NCBI GenBank assembly: GCA_963662445.1
Contig: OY759590.1
Span: 2,560,249 to 2,624,248 of the forward strand
Length of the DNA: 64,000 nt
Reading direction: 5' to 3'
Source: Desulfarculia bacterium
GTDB taxonomy: Bacteria > Desulfobacterota > Desulfarculia > Adiutricales > JAGVGV01
Shown piece by piece: positions 53,883 to 62,686 of this stretch. Below the pieces are notes generated by a model. It did not search any database. It was not told the DNA's origin and worked only from the letters and a program-made list of their open reading frames with translations. Position numbers and translations under genes: made by a program. The stretch's first letter is position 1; each line of letters begins with the position of its first letter.

Positions 53883-55328
53883 ATGTCGCAGATGGATATT
53901 CCGACCTTTCAGCCTTATCTGAAGGTCCTGACCCGTGAGCAGGCATTGGCTATCCACACCGCCGCCCTGGAGGTGCTGGAGAAGATCGGTATAAAAATGG
54001 AACATCCGGAAGTACGGCAGATGCTTCTGGACAAGGGCTGCCGGTCCGGTGAGGGCGACTGGATCTACATCCCCTCCTTCCTTGTTGAGGATGCCCTGAA
54101 GTCGGCTCCGAGACAGATTGTGCTATACGATCAGTTGGGCAACAAAGCGATGCCCCTGGTGGACAACAACCCCTTCTATGGAACAGGTTCCGACACTACC
54201 TTCACCCTGGACCTGGAAACCGGTGAACGCCGCCGGACCTGCCTGAAAGACACGGCCAACTTCGCCCGCCTGGTCGATGGACTGAAAAACATCTCTTTCG
54301 CCATGTCCATGTCCAACCCGGAGGACGTGCCGGTCGACAGCATCTATGTCCATTCCTTCGCCGAGATGGTGAAGAATACAAATAAACCAATTGTCTTCAT
54401 TGCCGACAACGGCACCGATATCGCCAAGATACATGGAATCGCCAGCGCCGTGGCCGGCGGTGAGGAAAACCTCCGCCAGAAGCCTTTTCTGCTGAACTAT
54501 TCCGAGGCCATAAGTCCTCTCAGATTTCCTGCCCACGTGATGGACAGGCTTGTTTTCTGCGCTCGGAAAGGCATCCCGGTCTGTCTGCCATCAGGCTCGA
54601 ACGCCGGCGGCGGAGCCCCGGCCACTATGGCCGGAGCCATGGCCATGGGCATTGCCGAAAACCTGGCCGGTCTGACGATTCACCAGCTCGCCTACCGCGG
54701 CGCTCCGTTCCTGTTCGGACCCAATGTCAGCGTCCTGGACATGAAATCCGGTGTTGTCTCCTACGGCTGCCCGGAATGGAGCCTCACCCAGGCGGCTCTG
54801 GCCCAGATGCGTGACGAAATCTACGGCTTGCCGGTCTGGGCCTATGCGGGCGCGACGGACTCGAAACTGATGGACGCCCAGGCGGGCGCGGAATCGATGT
54901 TTTCCATTGCCACCTCCATGCTCTCCCGCTGCAACCTGATACACGACGTCGGTTACATCGAATACGGAAACACTTCCTGCCTGGAAATGATAACCATGGC
55001 CGATGAACTGGTGGAAATGTGCAAGTTCTTTGTTCAGGGCATTCCCGTCAATGAGGATACTCTGGCTCTCGACGCCATCAGGCGGGTGGGGACCGGCAGC
55101 TCCGGGCAGATATTCCTGTCTGATGAACATACCTTCAAACACTTCATGACCGCCCAGTTTCTGCCGAATCTCCTGAACCGGTCACGCCATGACGTCTGGG
55201 AAAAGGCCGGGGCCATGGACCTGTACAAACGTTGCAATGTGGAAACCAAGCGCATTCTGGCCGAGCATCAGCCTCAGCCGAAATCCTCGGATGTGCTGGC
55301 CGAAATCCGGAAAATACTCGAGTCATAG
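53883..55328 (+). CDS. MttB-superfamily corrinoid-dependent methyltransferase, non-pyrrolysine type
   Basis: 481 aa. It shares blocks with 50232-51638 (AL.IH.A.L..LEK.G; YG.GSD; VDF.MSM; NY...ISPL; GA.D.K..D.QAG.E). No in-frame TAG. Confidence 0.88.
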   Translation: MSQMDIPTFQPYLKVLTREQALAIHTAALEVLEKIGIKMEHPEVRQMLLDKGCRSGEGDWIYIPSFLVEDALKSAPRQIVLYDQLGNKAMPLVDNNPFYGTGSDTTFTLDLETGERRRTCLKDTANFARLVDGLKNISFAMSMSNPEDVPVDSIYVHSFAEMVKNTNKPIVFIADNGTDIAKIHGIASAVAGGEENLRQKPFLLNYSEAISPLRFPAHVMDRLVFCARKGIPVCLPSGSNAGGGAPATMAGAMAMGIAENLAGLTIHQLAYRGAPFLFGPNVSVLDMKSGVVSYGCPEWSLTQAALAQMRDEIYGLPVWAYAGATDSKLMDAQAGAESMFSIATSMLSRCNLIHDVGYIEYGNTSCLEMITMADELVEMCKFFVQGIPVNEDTLALDAIRRVGTGSSGQIFLSDEHTFKHFMTAQFLPNLLNRSRHDVWEKAGAMDLYKRCNVETKRILAEHQPQPKSSDVLAEIRKILES

Positions 55329-55403
55329 AAAAAGCCGAAGCATGGCGGACGGTTCGGATTACCGCCCGCCATGCGGCGAAATGAAGTTCAATGGGGAAAG
55401 CAA

Positions 55404-56204
55404 ATGATCATAGTCGGCGAAAAGATCAATACCAGCCGCAAGAAGATATCTGAAGCAGTCGAAAAACGGGACGCCGGTTTCATCTGCCAGGTGGCCCGCG
55501 AACAGGTGGACGCCGGCGCGGACTTCATTGATGTCAATGCCGGAACCTTTGTGGAAAAGGAAACCGAGTGCCTGTGCTGGCTGGTGGAGACGGTTCAGAG
55601 CGCCGTGGATGTCCCTCTGTCCCTCGACAGCCCCAGCCCGCGGGCCTTGGCTGAAGCGATAAAGCTGCATAAAGGCGAACCGATGATTAATTCCATTTCC
55701 CTGGAGGTGGAACGGCTCGGCCCTATTCTGGACATAATAACCTCCACACCATGTCACGTCGTGGCCCTGTGCATGGGACAGGCTTCCATGCCCACCACGG
55801 TCGAGGAGCGTTTCGAGGTTGGTTCGGCCCTGATCGGCAGACTCACCGGCGCTGGATTTCCCCTGGAAAAAATCCACGTGGACCCGCTGATTCAGCCCGT
55901 ATCCGTTGATCTGAACATGGGACTGGCGGCGCTCGGGACGATCAAAAGACTTATGACGGAATTCCCGGGCGTCAATACCATCTGCGGCCTGTCCAACATA
56001 TCCTACGGTCTGCCCCGGCGTCATCTGATAAACCGCAACTTCCTGGCCTTGGCCATGAGTTACGGCCTGTCCGGGGCCATACTGGACCCCAACGACAAGG
56101 AATTGATGTCCACCCTTTTTTCCATTGACATGCTCCTCGGCCGGGACGAGTACTGCGGCCGGTTCATCACGGCTTTCCAGAACGGCCGTCTGGTCGAGAG
56201 GTAA
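55404..56204 (+). CDS. methyl-tetrahydrofolate:corrinoid methyltransferase (pterin-binding, MtgA/MtrH-like)
   Basis: IIVGEKINTSRK, GADFIDVNAG, PLSLDS, PMINSIS, LSNISYGLP resemble DHPS-like pterin-binding methyltransferases. ATG 55404 was chosen. Confidence 0.8.
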   Translation: MIIVGEKINTSRKKISEAVEKRDAGFICQVAREQVDAGADFIDVNAGTFVEKETECLCWLVETVQSAVDVPLSLDSPSPRALAEAIKLHKGEPMINSISLEVERLGPILDIITSTPCHVVALCMGQASMPTTVEERFEVGSALIGRLTGAGFPLEKIHVDPLIQPVSVDLNMGLAALGTIKRLMTEFPGVNTICGLSNISYGLPRRHLINRNFLALAMSYGLSGAILDPNDKELMSTLFSIDMLLGRDEYCGRFITAFQNGRLVER

Positions 56205-56563
56205 GTCTCCGTCTTTGAGCAATAATCGGCCGGAATGAAATGTTTCACCGATTATTGATCGGGATAATGCAGCATGAAGAATAAGCAGTAAAACTTACTG
56301 GTTGATTTGACTCCGTTCCTGGTGTATTAAGACCGCCAGGAACGGGGTTCAGTGAGCAAATAAGAAGGTTTTGCGATCACGCAGGCCGAACTCTCCAGGG
56401 GCAGATAAGGGCATCTGACTATCATCGGTGACGGCGTGTTTGGACCGGTGTCCTTGTCCGAATCTTGAAGGCCCTTTCAAATGGCTGGTTGTTTTTTCAG
56501 GCGGTGCCAGCTTCTGTTGTATTCGAATAATCCGTCCCGTTTGCCATGATGAAATTTTCTGTA

Positions 56564-56617
56564 TTGACAATAAGCTATACCTGAAACTATATTGATTGTA
56601 TTCACAGTTAATTCAAT
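56564..56617 (+). promoter_or_regulatory. sigma-70-like promoter with downstream operator-like motif (upstream of the GntR gene)
   Basis: TTGACA (56564-56569), an 18-nt spacer, then TATATT (56588-56593). This is followed by ATTGTATTCACA (56595-56606) and TAATTCAAT (56609-56617). These are related to the GTGAATTCAAT / TAATTCAA boxes of elements A and B, with the first box in inverted orientation. Confidence 0.45.
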
Positions 56618-56654
56618 TTAACTCAAATCAAGATTGTATGATGTGAAGGGTGTC

Positions 56655-57266
56655 ATGGACTCGAAAAAAATTCACGAAATTCTTCGGAACAAAATAATCC
56701 ATCTGGAGATGGAGCCCGAACACATCATCAACGTCAGTGATTTGGCCACCAATTTCGGGATCAGCCGGACACCGATCAAGGAGGCTTTGATCCTGCTGCA
56801 GGGAGAGGGCTGGCTTCTGCGTCACGGCAGTCATTTCATGGTGACCCCGCTGAGCATAAAACGCCTTAAGGATAATATTGAAATCCGGCTGCTTATGGAG
56901 CCTCAGGCCTATGTCTGGGCCATGCAGCGCATGACGGAGACCGATCAGCAGGAGCTTTGGGCGCTGGAACGCGAAATGCGTGAACTCAGCACCGAGGAGC
57001 CTGCCAGAGCCTTCGGCGAGCTGGACCAGCGGTTTCACGAAACACTCCTCAAGGCTACCAATAATCAGGAAATTTTTGTCCTGCTTTCCCGTGTTATAGG
57101 CCAGTGTCTGCGTTACTGGTTGTCCCCGGTCGAAAAGGACAAGGAAAACTACTTTAATTCAGCACTGGAAATCATCGACGCCATTCGCCGTCAGGATGCC
57201 GAACGTTTAAAGGAAGCTGCTACCGAACATATCAAGATGTCTCTTCTCGAAGTAAAGCTGCTTTGA
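56655..57266 (+). CDS. GntR-family transcriptional regulator (FadR/FCD subfamily)
   Basis: wHTH segment (VSDLATNFGISRTPIKEALILLQGEGWL) plus an all-helical C-terminal FCD-like domain. The start is 56655 ATG or 56634 TTG. Confidence 0.85.
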   Translation: MDSKKIHEILRNKIIHLEMEPEHIINVSDLATNFGISRTPIKEALILLQGEGWLLRHGSHFMVTPLSIKRLKDNIEIRLLMEPQAYVWAMQRMTETDQQELWALEREMRELSTEEPARAFGELDQRFHETLLKATNNQEIFVLLSRVIGQCLRYWLSPVEKDKENYFNSALEIIDAIRRQDAERLKEAATEHIKMSLLEVKLL

Positions 57267-57724
57267 TTCCTCAGTCCAGCTTTGCACAATACAATTCCGG
57301 CTGCACTTATCCTCGAAAAACTGGCGGGTGCTTGTAGAGATTCAGGGTATCCGTAATGCTGCACCGGCAAATCGCCCAGGGACAGGCTCTCCGGGAAAAC
57401 CAGGACGCGGGCAACAGTGATCTCTGCGGCAATCCCCGTCTTTCCATCCAGTGACGGATTTTCCCCCGATCATGCCGAAACCGTGGCCGTGCATGTGCCG
57501 ACCAGGGCATGATCGACCGGCCTTGACATCAAACGGGCTAACAAGGTAATAGTGGGTGCGCCAAGGGTGTTTCCTCCTGAAGGGGTTTCAAAATGCGGGG
57601 GAGAACCATCCGGGCTTTTCATGTGCTTGTGAACATATTGGCCCGGCTGCGGCACGGTCTGCTAGGTCTGTGCCCGCAGTGCCGCAGCGTCTGATATTGA
57701 AAGATAACTGACCGAGAATTCAAC

Positions 57725-59173
57725 ATGCCTTATATCCTCATAATCGACGACGACCAGACCTATGGGGAAATGCTCGGCCTCAAGATACGGCGCATGGGGT
57801 ATGAGGTGAAAAACGCGGATTCTCTGGCCGAGGGCTTGAAAGCGGCCAGGCAGGCCGACTACGACGTTATTTTTCTGGATGTCCTACTCCCTGACGGCAA
57901 CGGTCTGGAAGCACTCACCGATTTTCAGTCCATGCCTTCCATCCCAGAAATAATCATCATAACCGGGTTGGGCGATGCCGACGGCGCTGAAATGGCCATA
58001 AAAAGCGGCGCGTGGGCTTATGTCGAGAAGGGGGCTTCCATCAAGGACGTGATTCTGCCTTTGGAACGTGCGCTGCAGTATCGTAAAGAGAAACGAGCCC
58101 ACAAGGCTCCCGTGCTTCTGAAGCGGGAAAGTATAGTTGGAACGAGTCCAAAGATCGACACCTGTCTCAGAATGACCGCCCAGGCGGCCAACGGCAATTC
58201 CCCTGTTTTGATTTCCGGGGAGACGGGTACCGGCAAGGAGCTTTTTTCGCTGGCAATACACGAGAACAGCCCCCGGGCGGCACACAATTTCGTGGTGGTG
58301 GATTGTGCCTCCCTGCCTGGCACTCTGGTGGAAAGCGTCCTTTTTGGTCACGAAAAAGGGGCCTTTACCGGAGCGGATCAGGCTCAGGACGGTTTGATCG
58401 CCCAAGCTCACAAGGGAACTTTGTTCCTGGATGAAGTAGGCGAACTGCCCCTGCCGGTTCAGAAGGCTTTTCTGCGTGTGCTGCAGGAGCATAGTTACAG
58501 ACCTGTGGGCGGACAAAAAGAGCGTTACAGCGATTTTCGGCTGGTTGCCGCCACCAACAGAGACTTGAACACAATGGCCGAGAGGGGCCAATTCCGCAAA
58601 GATCTGTTATATAGACTGCGCGGCTTTGTCATTGAACTGCCTCCCTTGCGGGAACGCCTGGAAGACACGCGGGACATCGTCTTTGATTATACGGCCAGAC
58701 TCTGCCGCAACCACGGCATGGCCATAAAAGGGTTCTCCCCCGACTTCTTCGATGCCTTGACCGCCTACGATTGGCCGGGCAATGTCCGCGAACTCCTGAA
58801 CACCATGGATCGGGTCCTGGCTGCTGCTCAGGACGATCCAACTCTGTATGTCAAGCATCTGCCTCAGCATATCCGCATAGTCGTCGCCCGAAACTCTTTG
58901 GCCGAAGAAACCGGTGAACAAGACACCAAGCATCTTTCGCCGATGAATGCCGGTGCAGGTTTCCCGGCGTTGCAGCTTTTCCGGGAAACCACTGAACGCA
59001 AGTATTTTCAGGATCTGCTGGCCGTTACCGCCGGTGACACCAAGGCGGCCTTGGAAATATCCGGCTTGTCTCGTTCGCGTTTTTATGAATTGCTGAAGAA
59101 ATATAAAATCGCCGTCCGGTCAGATCATAATAATTCCGAAATAATCGGACAAAATCCGGAATATCGGAAATAA
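57725..59173 (+). CDS. sigma-54-dependent response regulator (NtrC family), no adjacent kinase
   Basis: REC (IIDDDQ..VIFLDVLLPDGNG), AAA+ with GETGTGKE and GAFTGA, and a C-terminal HTH. Confidence 0.92.
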   Translation: MPYILIIDDDQTYGEMLGLKIRRMGYEVKNADSLAEGLKAARQADYDVIFLDVLLPDGNGLEALTDFQSMPSIPEIIIITGLGDADGAEMAIKSGAWAYVEKGASIKDVILPLERALQYRKEKRAHKAPVLLKRESIVGTSPKIDTCLRMTAQAANGNSPVLISGETGTGKELFSLAIHENSPRAAHNFVVVDCASLPGTLVESVLFGHEKGAFTGADQAQDGLIAQAHKGTLFLDEVGELPLPVQKAFLRVLQEHSYRPVGGQKERYSDFRLVAATNRDLNTMAERGQFRKDLLYRLRGFVIELPPLRERLEDTRDIVFDYTARLCRNHGMAIKGFSPDFFDALTAYDWPGNVRELLNTMDRVLAAAQDDPTLYVKHLPQHIRIVVARNSLAEETGEQDTKHLSPMNAGAGFPALQLFRETTERKYFQDLLAVTAGDTKAALEISGLSRSRFYELLKKYKIAVRSDHNNSEIIGQNPEYRK

Positions 59174-59296
59174 TCCTGAAAACAATACGGCATATTTCCT
59201 GTCTGTTCAAATCCTTTCGCCCCAATTATTCATTAATATCCTGAAAATAAACAATAATCAGACAGGGAGCACTCCGGCCGTCTTCATGGCGTCAAC

Positions 59297-59312
59297 TGGC
59301 ATGTTCTTTGTA
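59297..59312 (+). promoter_or_regulatory. weak sigma-54-like promoter candidate
   Basis: TGGCATGTTCTTTGTA has correct GG-N10 spacing, but the -12 element is GT instead of GC. It lies 70 nt upstream of ATG 59383. Confidence 0.22.
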
Positions 59313-59382
59313 TCACCCTTAAAATGCATGCTGAAAGTCAGAGTTGGATGAACCGGCCCCTGAAGAAAGGTTTGGAGAGCTG

Positions 59383-59790
59383 ATGACGGCGGTAATATGG
59401 TCTCGGGAAAACGACGGACTGAGCACATCGCTGGCCGGAATTCTGGAATCCGTTCTGCCTGTTGAGGAAATCAGGAGTTCGTCTTGCCTGGATGATCTGA
59501 GGGACATCCTGATGGGAAGCAGGTTCAAGGATTCTCTGGTCGTGCTGCTTCCCGCCGACTGTCAGGATCTCAAGGATTTACAGTCTGTTAAAGACTTGCT
59601 TGAGCGTGTCCGCATAATCCTGGTCGCTCCGGACAGGGACGCCGAGACCGTGGCTCTGGCCCACGGCCTCCGGCCTCGTTATCTCGGTTACCGTGATGGA
59701 CCCTTGTGGGACGTTGTGGCGGTCATGACCAAGATGCTGGAGAAAATGGACAGAACAGGTGCGCCGCAGGCAGGGGCGCGGGAGGAATGA
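59383..59790 (+). CDS. hypothetical protein (receiver-like alpha/beta pattern, no family recognised)
   Basis: 135-aa ORF with a GGAGAG RBS, downstream of the sigma-54 regulator gene. Confidence 0.4.
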   Translation: MTAVIWSRENDGLSTSLAGILESVLPVEEIRSSSCLDDLRDILMGSRFKDSLVVLLPADCQDLKDLQSVKDLLERVRIILVAPDRDAETVALAHGLRPRYLGYRDGPLWDVVAVMTKMLEKMDRTGAPQAGAREE

Positions 59791-59907
59791 CTGCGTTGAG
59801 CGGAACACTCAAAAATGGAGAATAGCGTTTTCCGTTTTTTCTGTGTGCATATTCAGCTTGGTAAAAGCTGTGACGCAATAAAATGAAATGCATAGGAGTA
59901 AAAGGAA

Positions 59908-61911
59908 ATGTTCGCCAAATTCAAACTGAGTACTCGAATGCTGGTATCCATCTGCAGTATTGTCGTCTTGGCTTTTGGCTTGACCATTGGCTATGTTTCG
60001 ATCAAATCGGCCCGGATGGCCGAAGATCAGGCCATGGATACAGCTATGGAAATGGCCAACAGGTATTCGGCCGAAGTCAAGGCCGACCTGGAAGTGGCCA
60101 TGGGCGCGGCCCGGACCCTGGCGCAGACCTTGGAAGGCATGAAAGCGTCGGGTATAACGCCTGACCGGGCGGTGATTGACGGCATGCTGCGCCGCTTGAT
60201 CGAATCGAACAGCTTTATCGGAGTCTGGACCTGCTGGGAGCCCAACGCCCTGGACGGGCGGGATTCAGAATTTGTCAACGCCAAGGGGCACGACCAGACC
60301 GGCCGTTATGTTCCATATTGGAATAAAGGTAGCGGTACTGCGGCGGTGGAGCCTCTGGTTGATTATGATAAACCGGGCGCCGGCGATTATTATCTGCTGG
60401 CCAGGCAATCCGGCCGTGAGATTATTCTTGACCCTTACAGCTACGAACTTGGCGGAAAGCAGGTGCTGCTGACCAGCGTTGCGGTGCCGATAAAGGACAA
60501 GGGACAGGTTGTCGGAGTGGCCGGAGTGGACATGGTTCTTACGTCTTTTTCCGATATGATCAAAAAAATCAAACCTTTTGAGGATGGTTACGCTTTTCTG
60601 GTTTCCAACAACGGAAGCTTTGTTGCTCATCCCAAAGACGATGTGCTGGGCAAAAGCATCGCCACCCTCGGCGCTAGCCCTGCTGTTGTGGCGGCCATAA
60701 GTGACGGACAGCCTATTTCCGAACGGAAAGAGGCCTTGGAGAGCGGTCTGATATCCCACGTCCAATTTATCCCCGTAGTGATAGGCAACACCGATACTCC
60801 CTGGTCCTTCGCAGTCAACATTCCCATGAATCGGGTTCTGGCCGGGGCCAGGTCTGTGACCTATTCGGCCTTGACCATCGGGCTGATATCGCTTCTCATA
60901 CTGATAGCGGTCGTCTTTTTCATTGCCCGTGGCATCGCCAAACCGATGGACAGGATAGCCCAGGGGCTGAACGCCGGAGCCGACCAGGTCGCGGCGGCGG
61001 CCGGACAGGTCTCCTCCACCAGCCAGGCGCTGGCTGAGGGGGCTTCGGAGCAGGCGGCATCGGTGGAAGAGACTTCAGCCTCACTGGAAGAGTCTTCGGC
61101 CATGGTCAAACAGAACGCTCTCAACGCCAAGGAAGCTGAAACGACGGTTAAGAGGACGAGCGTGAGTATTGAAGAGTCCGACAAGGCCATGGGCGAGTTG
61201 CAGAAATCAATGCGGTCCATTTCTGCCAGCAGTGAGGAAACCCGAAAAATCATTAAAACCATTGATGAAATAGCCTTTCAGACCAACCTGTTGGCTTTGA
61301 ACGCGGCGGTCGAGGCTGCCCGGGCTGGGGAAGCGGGAGCCGGTTTCGCCGTAGTGGCCGACGAGGTCCGGAACCTGGCCATGCGGGCGGCTGATGCGGC
61401 CAAGAATACGGCTCAGATTATCGAGGACACAGTCAAGAGGGTCGACGAGGGAGCTGGTCTGGTCGAAAGACTCACAGCCTCTTTCCGCCAGGTCGGCATA
61501 GACTCGGCCAAGGTCAGGGATCTCATCGTCGAGATCGCCGCGGCTTCGGATGAGCAGAACCAGGGCTTGGAGCAGATCAGCCAGGCCATGAATCAGATGG
61601 ACAAGGTCACCCAGCAGAATGCGGCCAGTGCGGAAGAGTCGGCCAGTGCTTCCGAGGAGTTGAGCGCACAGGCCGAACAGATGAAGGACATGGTTACCGA
61701 GCTGGTCGCTCTGGTCGAGGGTGCAGGCAGGCAGTCCGCCGAGGGATACGAGAGAGCGGCAAGGAGTGTTCCGGCGGCGAACAGAGGAAAGAAAAGAATA
61801 TCGGGCCAAAGCAAAAAGGCGTCTCTTCCCGCCAAGTCTGATTCCGGTCGCCGCAATGTTGTCAAGCCTGAGGATATTTTACCTTTGGATGATGATTTTG
61901 CTGATTTTTGA
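59908..61911 (+). CDS. methyl-accepting chemotaxis protein with periplasmic dCache-like sensor
   Basis: Two TM segments flank a ~280-aa Cache-like domain (YVPYWNK..DYYLLARQ..DPYSY..LLTSVAVPI). HAMP domain. The conserved signalling hairpin reads IAFQTNLLALNAAVEAARAGEAGAGFAVVADEVRNLA. Confidence 0.93.
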   Translation: MFAKFKLSTRMLVSICSIVVLAFGLTIGYVSIKSARMAEDQAMDTAMEMANRYSAEVKADLEVAMGAARTLAQTLEGMKASGITPDRAVIDGMLRRLIESNSFIGVWTCWEPNALDGRDSEFVNAKGHDQTGRYVPYWNKGSGTAAVEPLVDYDKPGAGDYYLLARQSGREIILDPYSYELGGKQVLLTSVAVPIKDKGQVVGVAGVDMVLTSFSDMIKKIKPFEDGYAFLVSNNGSFVAHPKDDVLGKSIATLGASPAVVAAISDGQPISERKEALESGLISHVQFIPVVIGNTDTPWSFAVNIPMNRVLAGARSVTYSALTIGLISLLILIAVVFFIARGIAKPMDRIAQGLNAGADQVAAAAGQVSSTSQALAEGASEQAASVEETSASLEESSAMVKQNALNAKEAETTVKRTSVSIEESDKAMGELQKSMRSISASSEETRKIIKTIDEIAFQTNLLALNAAVEAARAGEAGAGFAVVADEVRNLAMRAADAAKNTAQIIEDTVKRVDEGAGLVERLTASFRQVGIDSAKVRDLIVEIAAASDEQNQGLEQISQAMNQMDKVTQQNAASAEESASASEELSAQAEQMKDMVTELVALVEGAGRQSAEGYERAARSVPAANRGKKRISGQSKKASLPAKSDSGRRNVVKPEDILPLDDDFADF

Positions 61912-61920
61912 CATATAATG

Positions 61921-61953
61921 GTTTCCAGCCGGGGCTGTTCCCCGGCTGGAAAC
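61921..61953 (+). terminator. strong hairpin after the MCP gene (likely intrinsic terminator)
   Basis: GTTTCCAGCCGGGG (61921-61934) pairs perfectly with CCCCGGCTGGAAAC (61940-61953) around a 5-nt loop. The downstream U-tract is poor. Confidence 0.55.
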
Positions 61954-62025
61954 TGATTGAGACTGTTTGAAGTAATTCAAGCGGAGAGACCGGTGGTTGC
62001 AACCATTTGGGAGGGGTTCTGAAAA

Positions 62026-62538
62026 ATGGCTCAAAACGCGGAAAGGCCAAAGGGAGATATGATTAACCAGGAAGCACGTGAAGGGAAATACCTGACATTT
62101 TCCCTGGCCAGCGAAGAATACGGTATCGGCATACTCAAAGTCAGAGAGATTATCGGCATGCTGCCCATAACCTCCGTGCCGCAGACTCCGGAGTTTGTCA
62201 AAGGGGTTGTCAACCTGCGGGGCAAGGTCATACCGGTAATTGATCTGCGTCTGAAATTCGGAATGCCGGAAATTGATTATACTGAAAGAACAAGTATCAT
62301 AGTCGTGGAAGTGACTGGCCGCAGCGACACGGTGCAGATAGGCATCGTCGTGGATTCCGTGTCCGAAGTCGTCAACATCAAGTCCGAGGACATAGAAGAC
62401 ACCCCCAAATTCGGCAGCCGTCTTAACACCGGCTATATTCTGGGGATGGCCAAACTTGAAGGCCGGGTAAAGATACTGCTCAACATAGATCAGGTGCTCA
62501 GCAGCGAGGAAATCAGTCAATTGGAACAGTCTGCCTGA
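62026..62538 (+). CDS. cheW: chemotaxis coupling protein CheW
   Basis: 170 aa. YLTFSLASEEYGIGILKVREI and NLRGKVIPVIDLR motifs. Confidence 0.92.
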   Translation: MAQNAERPKGDMINQEAREGKYLTFSLASEEYGIGILKVREIIGMLPITSVPQTPEFVKGVVNLRGKVIPVIDLRLKFGMPEIDYTERTSIIVVEVTGRSDTVQIGIVVDSVSEVVNIKSEDIEDTPKFGSRLNTGYILGMAKLEGRVKILLNIDQVLSSEEISQLEQSA

Positions 62539-62686
62539 TTTGGGTTTCCCGACTTGACCGTTTTTCTATTTTGACCAGGGGGGCTGCGATAAAACGCCCC
62601 TGAAGGCCTGTTCTCCGTTTTTCTTTTCAGAAAGCCGGAGACAGCTTGCAAGAACAGTCCATGGCAGCAAGGCGTAAGGTGTGGTA

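Noticed and set aside
50232-55328. Checked both MttB homologues for an in-frame UAG (pyrrolysine) codon.
   Set aside because: Both frames are uninterrupted and no pyl genes are in the window, so these are non-Pyl family members. There is no recoding to report.
57307-57655. Overlapping minus-strand ORFs in the 460-nt gap between the GntR gene and the sigma-54 regulator gene. Fragments such as GGNTLGAPTITLL and HMHGHGFGMIGG hint at a decayed hydrolase gene.
   Set aside because: The similarity to any family (for example acetamidase/formamidase) is too weak and is split across frames. The region is left unannotated. A translated search could reveal a pseudogene.
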